Source of the DNA: Candidatus Omnitrophota bacterium
GTDB taxonomy: Bacteria; Omnitrophota; Gorgyraeia; Gygaellales; Profunditerraquicolaceae
DNA: 46,644 bases
NCBI GenBank assembly: GCA_049517335.1
Contig: JBEKSD010000010.1
Span: 1-46,644, forward strand
Direction: 5' to 3'
The notes beneath the pieces were generated by a model. That model was not told the origin of the DNA, did not search any database, and saw nothing but the letters and a program-made list of their open reading frames with translations. Below are positions 27,302 through 35,817 of the stretch, piece by piece. How positions within the stretch are numbered: position 1 is the first letter of the stretch; every line of letters starts with the position of its first letter. Position numbers and translations under genes: made by a program.

Positions 27302-30214
27302 ATGGTAGAAAGAAACCGCAGTATTTATCTGGAACACATTTCTACTTTTTTACTCCTGCTTGCAAGTGCTGGGTTATTGGGAGGGGTGTTATCCCGTTTT
27401 GGCCTCTATGCCTGTCTGGGCCTGCTTTGTGGGTTTATTTTCAGTTGGTATAACCCTCAAGTAACGGATAATCTTTGGGTAAAAACAGCCGGCAAGGTCG
27501 CGGCCCTGGTGACGGTTATCTGGACATTCTATGCTGTATTTAATTCCACTTTTGGCTACCAGGAAGTGGTGCTTATCTATATAAAAGGCGCACTCATACT
27601 TGAGGTACTCCTGAGTTTTAACTTAGCATCACCGGGAAATTTGAATTACATGCAGGTCCTAAGCGTGCCCATATTCATGACCTTTCCTGTTTTTACCTCT
27701 GCCATTAATCCCGGCCATATAGCTTTGCTAGCTGTTTATCTCGCAGTATGGATGGTTTTGCTGAGGGTTAAGTTTTGCCTTGCCTATGCGCCTTTAGAGG
27801 AAATCAACCTGCTGGAGCGCCAGCATTTTCTCCCCTTTATTTTCTTCCTTTTCGCTGTCGCCCTTGCCTGGGCATTGTATTATTATATATTGCTTCCCGT
27901 GCATAAAGAAGGTGGAATATTAAGGCAGCAGGGGGTGAGTTTAACGCTACCCGCGTTGGAGAAAGAATATTACGGTTTACGGGATAAGGTACAGGAAGAA
28001 GCGACTAAAATGACCTTTAATCTACCCACTAAAGAGCAAAGGCAGGAGTCACTCTTCGATTTAGAGTCTTTAATAAATGAGAAAGCCTTGACTATTGTAG
28101 TTAGTAATGCGGAAGAAGGGTTGATCAGCTATGCAAAACAATCCGGCGCGGGGCTTAAGAAGGGTGAGGATTTGAACCTCGCCGTTATGCTTAAAAAATT
28201 TGTGGATAAGAAGATAGAGTTTAACCTTAAGAAGGCTGATGCGCGCATGATGGAAATATTGAGGGAAAACCCGCTTAATATAGGGGTACGTATTTGGGCT
28301 GTTACAGAGGCGGCAAAACTACAACGCGCAGATACGCTTGATAAACTGCGCGAGTACAAACAGGACATACAGGCAACCATTATGAATACTCCTCTCGGGG
28401 AGAGCGCAAAGAAAGAAGAAAAACAATTAATACAGAAGGTTCAGGATTGGAAAGTGTTTCAGATGTATAGGGCAAAGATACAGGAGCTAAAGTCGCAGCT
28501 TGATTCCTCTAGCTCCGCCTTGCAGGATGAATTGAACAAAGCTTACGACAGCCTAAAGGAAGCTAGAACTTCAGAGCAGCTTGAGAAGCTAGAGGCGGAA
28601 AATTCCAAAATCGAAGCAAGCAAAGACCCGCAAGAAAAGGCATTTGCCGATAATCTTAAGGAAGCAGTGGACCTTAAAAGGATGATGCTTATGAAAGCTG
28701 AAAGTTCAGAAATTGATTCTGCGGTTGAGGATGCTTATTTACCCGAATACCGCTCTAATGAACTAAAAGAGCAGCTAAACACCCTGCAATATAGTGAAGA
28801 TGCGGACGAGGTGGTAGATACCCACCAGTCTCTTGAAGGCGCTTTTGAGCAGGAGGGCGTCAATGCTTCCTCCCGGTTAGGCAGTCTATCCGATATGAAA
28901 TCATCAGTTATGCTTCGCTCAGCTGGGAATGATTTAAACGAAGCATTAAATAAGAATGTGCCGCCAGGATTATCAAATCAGATGAAAAACGACTTATTTT
29001 ATGCTTTGCGTGAGCGCAATTCTGGCGCGCGCTCAGCTGCTTTTGACAAAGTGCATGATGAAGTAAAGCAATTCGGTGACAACGGTTTTATTGCCAGCCC
29101 CGTAGAAGAAAAGATGCAAAAATCGGTAGAAGACATCAAGCGCCTTACGGAGTTTAAGGCCGAGTTAAAGACTAAAGATAAAAAAACCGTTGTTAAAAAA
29201 GCGCAAAATAAAACGGCAGGCGCGGTAAATAAAACCGTAAGACTCCTGCGCCTGCGGATTATGCCTTTATCCGTTGTTATCCCCAGCGGCAGGGATGCGG
29301 CAATTCGTGCGATTGGATATTACGATGATAACTCCCAGAAGGAAATTACGAATGAAGTGCGCTGGAAGATTTCAGATGAGGAGCGCGGCAAGTTTATAGG
29401 GGGAAAAGTTTACGGGCTTAAGCCGGGGAAGGCGTCTTTTTTCGCCCAACACGGTGCGATTGTTTCCCAATCCGCTTCCCTGTTTGTGACTGATCCGGTA
29501 TTAACGGCGATAGTAGCTAAGCCTTCGTCGTCCTTCATCGGACTGGACGATAAATTGACGCTGAAAGCAGAGGGGTATCTTAGCGATAATTCGCGGCGCG
29601 ATATGACTAAGATTGTCAGCTGGCATATGCAGGGCAGCCGGATATTTAAGCAGGAGAAAGGATACTTTAAGCCGCTTGCTTTCGGCAGGGAATATATCTG
29701 GGCAGAGTATGCCGGTATGAAGAGCCTGCCGGTAGAAGTGAGGGTAGGGGTAACTTTAGCGTGGGTTTTGAAGATTGCGGGGATAGTATTTTTGATCTTG
29801 TGCTTGCTGGTAATTCTTATTTTAGGCATACTCTATTCCTTAAGCCGGATGAGAGCAGGCCTTATTGCCGGGTTGGCTGCTACCGACAAACGCGCGTTTG
29901 TCATCGCTCTCTATAATAATAACGTTGAGGTATTTAAAATCTTTGGGTTGGGCAATAGAGGCAATCTGCCTCCACTTGCTTACGCTGTTTATACCGCCTT
30001 GCTCCTTGGGGCAGAGAAAGATATTTTTGAACAGTTTGCCGTAAAGTATGAAAAAGCGCAATATAGCCGGCACGACATAACTGATGAGGACGCGGCAACG
30101 GCACATTCAATATACCGTGACATAATGAATATTATGCTGCAACAACGAAAAGGGGCACGCTATATTTTGGGCCATTGTTTCAGGCTTTTAAAGCGCCTTC
30201 CCATTCGTATATAG
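27302..30214 (+). CDS. Large membrane protein: multi-TM N-terminus, long helical/coiled-coil region, two bacterial Ig-like (Big_2-type) repeats, TM, C-terminal DUF4129-like domain
   Basis: About 6 N-terminal TMs; E/K/Q-rich helical middle; repeats RLRIMP...AIGYYDDNSQKEITNEVRW and AIVAKP...AEGYLSDNSRRDMTKIVSW; TM; YEKAQYS tail. ATG 27302 preferred over TTG 27275. Confidence 0.75.
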   Translation: MVERNRSIYLEHISTFLLLLASAGLLGGVLSRFGLYACLGLLCGFIFSWYNPQVTDNLWVKTAGKVAALVTVIWTFYAVFNSTFGYQEVVLIYIKGALILEVLLSFNLASPGNLNYMQVLSVPIFMTFPVFTSAINPGHIALLAVYLAVWMVLLRVKFCLAYAPLEEINLLERQHFLPFIFFLFAVALAWALYYYILLPVHKEGGILRQQGVSLTLPALEKEYYGLRDKVQEEATKMTFNLPTKEQRQESLFDLESLINEKALTIVVSNAEEGLISYAKQSGAGLKKGEDLNLAVMLKKFVDKKIEFNLKKADARMMEILRENPLNIGVRIWAVTEAAKLQRADTLDKLREYKQDIQATIMNTPLGESAKKEEKQLIQKVQDWKVFQMYRAKIQELKSQLDSSSSALQDELNKAYDSLKEARTSEQLEKLEAENSKIEASKDPQEKAFADNLKEAVDLKRMMLMKAESSEIDSAVEDAYLPEYRSNELKEQLNTLQYSEDADEVVDTHQSLEGAFEQEGVNASSRLGSLSDMKSSVMLRSAGNDLNEALNKNVPPGLSNQMKNDLFYALRERNSGARSAAFDKVHDEVKQFGDNGFIASPVEEKMQKSVEDIKRLTEFKAELKTKDKKTVVKKAQNKTAGAVNKTVRLLRLRIMPLSVVIPSGRDAAIRAIGYYDDNSQKEITNEVRWKISDEERGKFIGGKVYGLKPGKASFFAQHGAIVSQSASLFVTDPVLTAIVAKPSSSFIGLDDKLTLKAEGYLSDNSRRDMTKIVSWHMQGSRIFKQEKGYFKPLAFGREYIWAEYAGMKSLPVEVRVGVTLAWVLKIAGIVFLILCLLVILILGILYSLSRMRAGLIAGLAATDKRAFVIALYNNNVEVFKIFGLGNRGNLPPLAYAVYTALLLGAEKDIFEQFAVKYEKAQYSRHDITDEDAATAHSIYRDIMNIMLQQRKGARYILGHCFRLLKRLPIRI

Positions 30215-30243
30215 GCAGAAACAATCTTCTTTTTAAGCGCACG

Positions 30244-30272
30244 TTGCCATGCGAAAATTTTGGTGTTATAAT
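30244..30272 (+). promoter_or_regulatory. Sigma70 promoter for the WecA-like/glycan operon
   Basis: TTGCCA (30244-30249) - 17 bp - TATAAT (30267-30272) with extended -10 TG. Confidence 0.7.
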
Positions 30273-30289
30273 AAAATCCGGGATAAATT

Positions 30290-31264
30290 ATGTTGATAGT
30301 TATTTTTTTTATTAGTGCCATAGTCACAATAACCTTTATTGAGTTTTTACGTAAGTTCCCGGCAATAACAAATGGTTTTATGCAGCAGGGAGTGCCGGCA
30401 ATAGGCGGATTGAGCATGGGCGCAATGTTTTTTATTCTGGCCCCCGCCATTTTCCTTCAAAAAGGCATCTTTCCTAAAGAAGCCCAGGGCATATTGCTGG
30501 CTTCTTTCTTTATGTTTATCTTCGGGATTATTGACGATAAAAAGAGGCTGTCTGTTGTGGTCAAGGCAATTATGCAGATTATTGCCGCCCTGATTTTGGT
30601 TGCCTTCGGGGTAAAGACCCAGATTATTTATATCGGTACTACAGCCAACATTATTATTACCCTGATCTGGCTAATCGGGATTACGAATTCTTTTAACCAC
30701 CTGGATATTATGGACGGCCTAGCCGCAGTTGCGGCTGCTATTTGCGTAGGAGCCTTTTTATTTTTGACAGCACTAAAAACAGATATTTTCCCTATTACTC
30801 TGGCCGTAATATTAATCGGAGGCTTGAGCGGTTTCTTAAGATATAATTTACCGCAAGCAAAGGTTTATTTAGGCAATACCGGCAGTCATTTTATCGGGTT
30901 TATCATTGCCGCTATGGCTATCACTATTAGTTATGCTACGATAGAAAGGAAGATCGCCTTAATCAGCCCGCTTTTAATTCTTGGCCTGCCTATTTTTGAC
31001 ACCGCTTTTGTTATTTTTATGCGCATATTAAAAAGGAAATCGCCTTTTATGAAGAGCAATGACCATATCGCTACCCGTCTTTTAAGGATAGGTTTATCTA
31101 AGTGGCAGACATTATTATTGATGGGAGGCTGGGGTATGTTATGCGCTTTTTCAGGCATATCCTTATGCCTTAATTTACTTCCCGGGTTATTACTAATCGC
31201 GGCGGTATTAATGTTAAGTTTAGCCGTATTCTTATATGCTGCCAGAGCGGCTATCAATGATTAG
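30290..31264 (+). CDS. WecA/TagO-like undecaprenyl-phosphate sugar-1-phosphate transferase (MraY superfamily)
   Basis: P.IGG, GIIDD, NSFNHLDIMDGLA, YNLPQAKVYLGNTGS, PIFDT, R.....PF....DH. Confidence 0.92.
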   Translation: MLIVIFFISAIVTITFIEFLRKFPAITNGFMQQGVPAIGGLSMGAMFFILAPAIFLQKGIFPKEAQGILLASFFMFIFGIIDDKKRLSVVVKAIMQIIAALILVAFGVKTQIIYIGTTANIIITLIWLIGITNSFNHLDIMDGLAAVAAAICVGAFLFLTALKTDIFPITLAVILIGGLSGFLRYNLPQAKVYLGNTGSHFIGFIIAAMAITISYATIERKIALISPLLILGLPIFDTAFVIFMRILKRKSPFMKSNDHIATRLLRIGLSKWQTLLLMGGWGMLCAFSGISLCLNLLPGLLLIAAVLMLSLAVFLYAARAAIND

Positions 31265-31280
31265 GCAGAGGCTCATTTAA

Positions 31281-33098
31281 ATGAATATTTTAGGTATTTC
31301 CTGCTTTTATCATGATAGCGCTGCTTGTTTGATAAGCGACGGTAAGGTTATCGGAGCGGTACAGGAAGACAGGTTTACGCGAAAAAAACACGATTCCTCT
31401 TTTCCTTCTCATGCAATTCAATGGTGTTTAAAAGAAAGCTCTCTTAACGGTAATGGCCTTGATTATGTAGTCTTTTATGAGAAGCCGTTCATTAAGTTTG
31501 AGCGGATTCTTGAAACTTGTTTAAGCTATGCTCCTTCAGGGGTAAGGCAATTTTTGCAGGCGATGCCTTTATGGCTTAAACAAAAGTTATGGATACCCGA
31601 TATTATCCGAAAGGAGCTTGGATACCAGGGGAAAGTCCTTTTTTGCACACATCATGAGTCCCACGCTGCCAGCGTTTTCTATCCTTCGCCTTTTAATGAA
31701 GCGGCTTTTCTAACTATGGATGGAGTCGGTGAATGGGAGACTACCAGTTTTGGAGTAGGCTGCGGAAATAGCCTGAAATTTGAGCAATATCTGCAGTTTC
31801 CCCACTCCTTAGGTTTATTATATTCTGCGTTTACTTATTATGCGGGATTTAAAGTCAACTCAGGCGAATATAAACTGATGGGTCTTGCTCCTTATGGTAA
31901 GCCGCGCTACGCGGATTTGATTCTTGATAAATTAATTGAGCTTAAAGACGACGGTTCCTTCAAGCTTAATTTGGAATATTTTGGGTATTGTAACGGCTTG
32001 CGCATGACCAGTTGGAAATTTGAGCGTCTCTTTAGAGGGACTCCCCGTAAGCCTGAGACAAGAATTACACAGAAAGAGATGGATTTAGCTGCTTCAGTAC
32101 AGAAGGTTACCGAAGAAATTATGCTAAAAATCTCAAGGTATATACATAGAATTACCGGACAAAATAAGCTTTGCCTTGCTGGCGGAGTGGCGCTTAATTG
32201 TGTAGCCAACGGCCGTATTCTGCGCGAAGGGCCTTTTAAAGAAATATGGATCCAGCCGGCAAGCGGAGATGCCGGCGGAGCTCTGGGTGCGGCATTGTCA
32301 GTATGGTATAAATATCTTGGGAATAAACGTGTTTCCGACGGAATTAAGGACAACCAGCAAGGCTCTCTTTTGGGGCCTTCCTATAATGATGATGAGATAG
32401 AAAACTTCCTTAAAGAAGAGAATATTCCGTTTAAGAAGCTCAGTTATACTGAATTGCCAAAAACTGTTTCTCATCTTATTGAAGAAGGTAAAGTTATTGG
32501 TTGGTTCCAGGGAAGATTAGAGTTTGGGCCGCGCGCCTTAGGCTCAAGGAGCATCATAGCGGATGCCCGGGATACTCAGATGCAAAGTAAAATGAATTTA
32601 AAAGTTAAATATCGTGAGTCATTCCGGCCGTTTGCTCCTACAATACTCAAGGAAGAAGTTGCTAATTGGTTTGATCTGGATAAAGAAAGCCCTTATATGC
32701 TGTTAGTCGCAGCGGTAAAGAAAAATAAAAGATCGGGTTCTGATGCTGCGCTTACGCAAGCAGTCGGTTTTGACAAGCTTAAGGTTGAACGCTCGCTGAT
32801 TCCTGCGGTTACCCACGTTGATTATTCCGCCCGGATACAAACTATTGCGCGCGAAGATAACCCACTATATTATGATACCATAAATGAATTTTTCAAAAAA
32901 ACAGGATGTCCGCTTATAATAAATACGTCTTTTAACGTGCGGGGAGAGCCTTTAGTTTGCACGCCGCAGGATGCATTCCGCTGCTTTATGCGTACGCAGA
33001 TGGATTATCTTATGATAGGCAGTTATCTTTTGGATAAACAGCTTCAGACGAAAGTAGGGCAAGAAGAAAATTGGAAAGAGTATTTTGAATTGGATTAA
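31281..33098 (+). CDS. O-carbamoyltransferase, NodU/CmcH/SxtI family
   Basis: ILGIS..YHDSAA, HHESHAAS, DGVGE, GEYKLMGLAPYG, AGGVALNC, EFGPRALG.RS, KYRESFRPFAP, HVDYSAR, NTSFN. Confidence 0.96.
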   Translation: MNILGISCFYHDSAACLISDGKVIGAVQEDRFTRKKHDSSFPSHAIQWCLKESSLNGNGLDYVVFYEKPFIKFERILETCLSYAPSGVRQFLQAMPLWLKQKLWIPDIIRKELGYQGKVLFCTHHESHAASVFYPSPFNEAAFLTMDGVGEWETTSFGVGCGNSLKFEQYLQFPHSLGLLYSAFTYYAGFKVNSGEYKLMGLAPYGKPRYADLILDKLIELKDDGSFKLNLEYFGYCNGLRMTSWKFERLFRGTPRKPETRITQKEMDLAASVQKVTEEIMLKISRYIHRITGQNKLCLAGGVALNCVANGRILREGPFKEIWIQPASGDAGGALGAALSVWYKYLGNKRVSDGIKDNQQGSLLGPSYNDDEIENFLKEENIPFKKLSYTELPKTVSHLIEEGKVIGWFQGRLEFGPRALGSRSIIADARDTQMQSKMNLKVKYRESFRPFAPTILKEEVANWFDLDKESPYMLLVAAVKKNKRSGSDAALTQAVGFDKLKVERSLIPAVTHVDYSARIQTIAREDNPLYYDTINEFFKKTGCPLIINTSFNVRGEPLVCTPQDAFRCFMRTQMDYLMIGSYLLDKQLQTKVGQEENWKEYFELD

Positions 33099-33102
33099 GG
33101 CA

Positions 33103-33504
33103 ATGGGGAAAATTAAAACAGATAGACTTGTGTTAAGAAAATTCGGTTTAATGATAGCTTTAGTCTTTGCCGTGGCCGCATTGGTTATTTTTCTTAAACA
33201 CCGGCAATTGATACCTTTAATACCCATAATCTCAGTGTTATTTCTTTTGATAGGGCTAAGCATCCCCAGTTTATTAAAATATTTTTATATTGTCTGGATG
33301 AAATTGGCTTTTATTCTAAGCTGGTTCAATACAAGGCTGTTATTATGTGCGATATTTTATCTTATTTTTTCGCCTATAGGCCTAATTATGCGGATATTCG
33401 GAGTTGATTTATTAGGAAGGAAACACGTTCCGGGGGCAGCTTCTTATTGGAAATATAAAGAAAAGAAAGAATATTCACCTGGAGATTATGAAAAGCAATT
33501 TTAA
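33103..33504 (+). CDS. SxtJ-family membrane protein
   Basis: LRKFG, WMKLA..L, FY....PIG..MR..G.D.L, SYW, ends ..EKQF; directly follows the carbamoyltransferase. Confidence 0.85.
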   Translation: MGKIKTDRLVLRKFGLMIALVFAVAALVIFLKHRQLIPLIPIISVLFLLIGLSIPSLLKYFYIVWMKLAFILSWFNTRLLLCAIFYLIFSPIGLIMRIFGVDLLGRKHVPGAASYWKYKEKKEYSPGDYEKQF

Positions 33505-33515
33505 GGAGAAGGATA

Positions 33516-33674
33516 ATGCCAAAATTAAGCATTTTAGTTGAATTTTGGGAGTTCCTCAAAGTCAGAAAGAAATGGTGGCTTGTGCCTATTATTGTGATGC
33601 TTTTATTATTGGGGGCGTTAATATTTTTTACTCAGTCTTCAGCCGTAGCTCCGTTTATCTATACCCTATTTTAA
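33516..33674 (+). CDS. DUF5989/SxtK-like small membrane protein (52 aa), not in ORF track
   Basis: AAGGAG/AAGGA upstream; MPKLSILVEFWEFLKVRKKWWLVPIIVMLLLLGALIFFTQSSAVAPFIYTLF with the RKKWWL.P and APFIYTLF motifs. Confidence 0.92.
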   Translation: MPKLSILVEFWEFLKVRKKWWLVPIIVMLLLLGALIFFTQSSAVAPFIYTLF

Positions 33675-33686
33675 TACAAGTGTAAA

Positions 33687-34985
33687 ATGGCTAAAAAGAA
33701 AATCGTTATTGCGGGTGGAGGGCTTGCCGGTTTAAGCGCGGCGTGGCATCTTCAGAAAAAAGGCGTTGACTGTATTCTTTTTGAGAAAGAAACAGAAGTC
33801 GGAGGGTTATGCCGTTCGGCGCATGTTAAGGGTTTTACGTTTGACCGCTGCGGCCACCTGTTCCATTTTAAATACCGCTATACGTTTGAGCTTATAAAAG
33901 ATATGCTCGGAGATAATTTGCTCGAGCATAAGAAAAGCGCCTGGATTTATTCGCATAAGCGTTTCACCCGGTACCCATTTCAGGCTAACCTTTATGGTTT
34001 GCCTAAACCAGTAATTAAAGAATGCTTGCTTGGTTTTATACAGGCGCGGCGTAACGGTTCTCCTGAAGCCCGGTCGAAAATGACATTCCTGGATTGGGTT
34101 AATCAAACTTTCGGCAAGGGAATTGCCGAGCATTTTATGATTCCCTATAACAGAAAATTCTGGACGGTTGAGCCCGAAGAATTAACCTGCAATTGGTTTG
34201 ATGGTTTTATTCCTGTCCCCAGCTTAAAGGATATTGTAGAAAGTACTCTGGAAGAGAACAAAAGATCAATCGGGTATAATGCCCAATTTTGGTATCCTAA
34301 AAAAGGGGGGATACAAGAAATTCCGCGCTATCTGGCTTCGCGCATTAAAGGTATTCATGCCGATCATGAGATTAGCCGGATTGATTTTAAGGATAAAAAG
34401 CTTATCTTTAGGAATGGAAGCCAGTGTCCATATGGTACCCTGATTTTGACGATTCCTTTACCGGAGCTCCTTGAGCTTATGTATGACCTCCCGCGGCAGG
34501 TGGCTGAAGCGCTTAAACAGCTTCGTTACAATTCGATTTATAACTTGAATTTGGGAATTTGCAGTTCTGAAGCGCCTGATAAACATTGGGTTTATTTTCC
34601 GGAAGAAGCATTCGTATTTTTTCGCGCCGGTTTTCCGGGTAATTTCTCTCCCGTATCTTGTCCTAAAGAAGGCAGTTCGATTTATATCGAAGTTGCTTAT
34701 GGGATGAGCAGGCAGCTGGAGAAAAACACGGTTGTTGCGCGTATTAAAAAAGACCTGCAGCGCGCAGGAATCTTGCGCGCCCAGGATACGGTTTTAGTTG
34801 AAAATATAAACGATATTGAATACGGTTATATTATTTATGACCGCCGTCGGGAACGCTCACTCAGGAAAATCACTGTTTTCTTAAAGAAAAACGGAATTGA
34901 ATGTCTGGGCCGTTATGGTTCATGGAGTTATAAGTCTATGGAAGATGTTTTAATTGACGGCAAAAGGTTAGCCGATTCTTTATGA
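33687..34985 (+). CDS. FAD-dependent oxidoreductase, UDP-galactopyranose mutase-like/HemY-fold
   Basis: GGGLAGL, GGLC.S....GFTFD..GH, PYNRKFW, FWYPKKGG, YGY, GRYGSWSY.SM. Confidence 0.75.
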   Translation: MAKKKIVIAGGGLAGLSAAWHLQKKGVDCILFEKETEVGGLCRSAHVKGFTFDRCGHLFHFKYRYTFELIKDMLGDNLLEHKKSAWIYSHKRFTRYPFQANLYGLPKPVIKECLLGFIQARRNGSPEARSKMTFLDWVNQTFGKGIAEHFMIPYNRKFWTVEPEELTCNWFDGFIPVPSLKDIVESTLEENKRSIGYNAQFWYPKKGGIQEIPRYLASRIKGIHADHEISRIDFKDKKLIFRNGSQCPYGTLILTIPLPELLELMYDLPRQVAEALKQLRYNSIYNLNLGICSSEAPDKHWVYFPEEAFVFFRAGFPGNFSPVSCPKEGSSIYIEVAYGMSRQLEKNTVVARIKKDLQRAGILRAQDTVLVENINDIEYGYIIYDRRRERSLRKITVFLKKNGIECLGRYGSWSYKSMEDVLIDGKRLADSL

Positions 34986-34986
34986 G

Positions 34987-35817
34987 GTGTTTAAAATGAT
35001 CGGGATGTTCAGGGAAATAGTTTCGCGCAGAAACCTTTTATGGGAACTGGTGCTTAAGGATTTGAAGCTGCGTTATGCGCGGTTGGGCCTGGGGTTCCTA
35101 TGGGCGCTTCTTTCTCCGTTGGTGACGGTAGCAATCTTTTATTTTATTTTTTCCTTCCTTTTGAAGATTAAGACGCAAGAAGCGCCTTTTGTTTTATACT
35201 TTATGAGCGCTATTTTTACCTGGGGGGTATTGCAGGATTCAGTGAACGGGTCAGTTGACAGCTTAATAAGCAATAAGAATTTACTTCGCGAATCCCATTT
35301 TCCTCATTATTTTATTCCTCTTGCAAAAGTGCTCGCCAATGCGTTAAATTTCCTTCCGGTTTTGGTAATAGTTATCACCGTTTCTTTATTCACCTTAAAA
35401 GGAAGTTCGGAATTTATAATTTTTTTGCCCCTCGTTTTGGTAATTCATTTGGTTCTTGCGTTTAGCTTAGCGCTCATTTTTTCTATTCTTTATTTGCGCT
35501 TCAGGGATGTAAAATATATTGTGGAACATACACTTACGCTTCTTTTTTATATGACGCCGGGTTTTTATTCTATTTATCTGGTTAAAGAGAGATTACCCAA
35601 GTTTTTCTTTTGGTTGTATATGTATAATCCTTTCACAGGGCTGTTGCTTTTTTATAGGGTTATTCTTCTGAAAGGTTACTACGGCTTCGTATACAAGGAC
35701 GTGGGGTTGCAGACACTTTTTCTTGTACCGGTTATTTTTTCGTTTCTTATTTTATACGTAGCCCTGAAATTATATGAAAAACGCAAAAGTGAAATTAATG
35801 ATTACCTCTCATACTGA
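34987..35817 (+). CDS. wzm: Polysaccharide ABC transporter permease (Wzm-type)
   Basis: DLKLRY...LG.LW.LL.P, RFRD, FYMTP.FY, YNP; 6 TMs. Start may be slightly downstream. Confidence 0.9.
   Translation: MFKMIGMFREIVSRRNLLWELVLKDLKLRYARLGLGFLWALLSPLVTVAIFYFIFSFLLKIKTQEAPFVLYFMSAIFTWGVLQDSVNGSVDSLISNKNLLRESHFPHYFIPLAKVLANALNFLPVLVIVITVSLFTLKGSSEFIIFLPLVLVIHLVLAFSLALIFSILYLRFRDVKYIVEHTLTLLFYMTPGFYSIYLVKERLPKFFFWLYMYNPFTGLLLFYRVILLKGYYGFVYKDVGLQTLFLVPVIFSFLILYVALKLYEKRKSEINDYLSY

Noticed and set aside
31281-33674. Saxitoxin biosynthesis cluster
   Set aside because: Only sxtI/J/K-like genes; no sxtA, sxtG, sxtB or other core genes, and the context is polysaccharide export.
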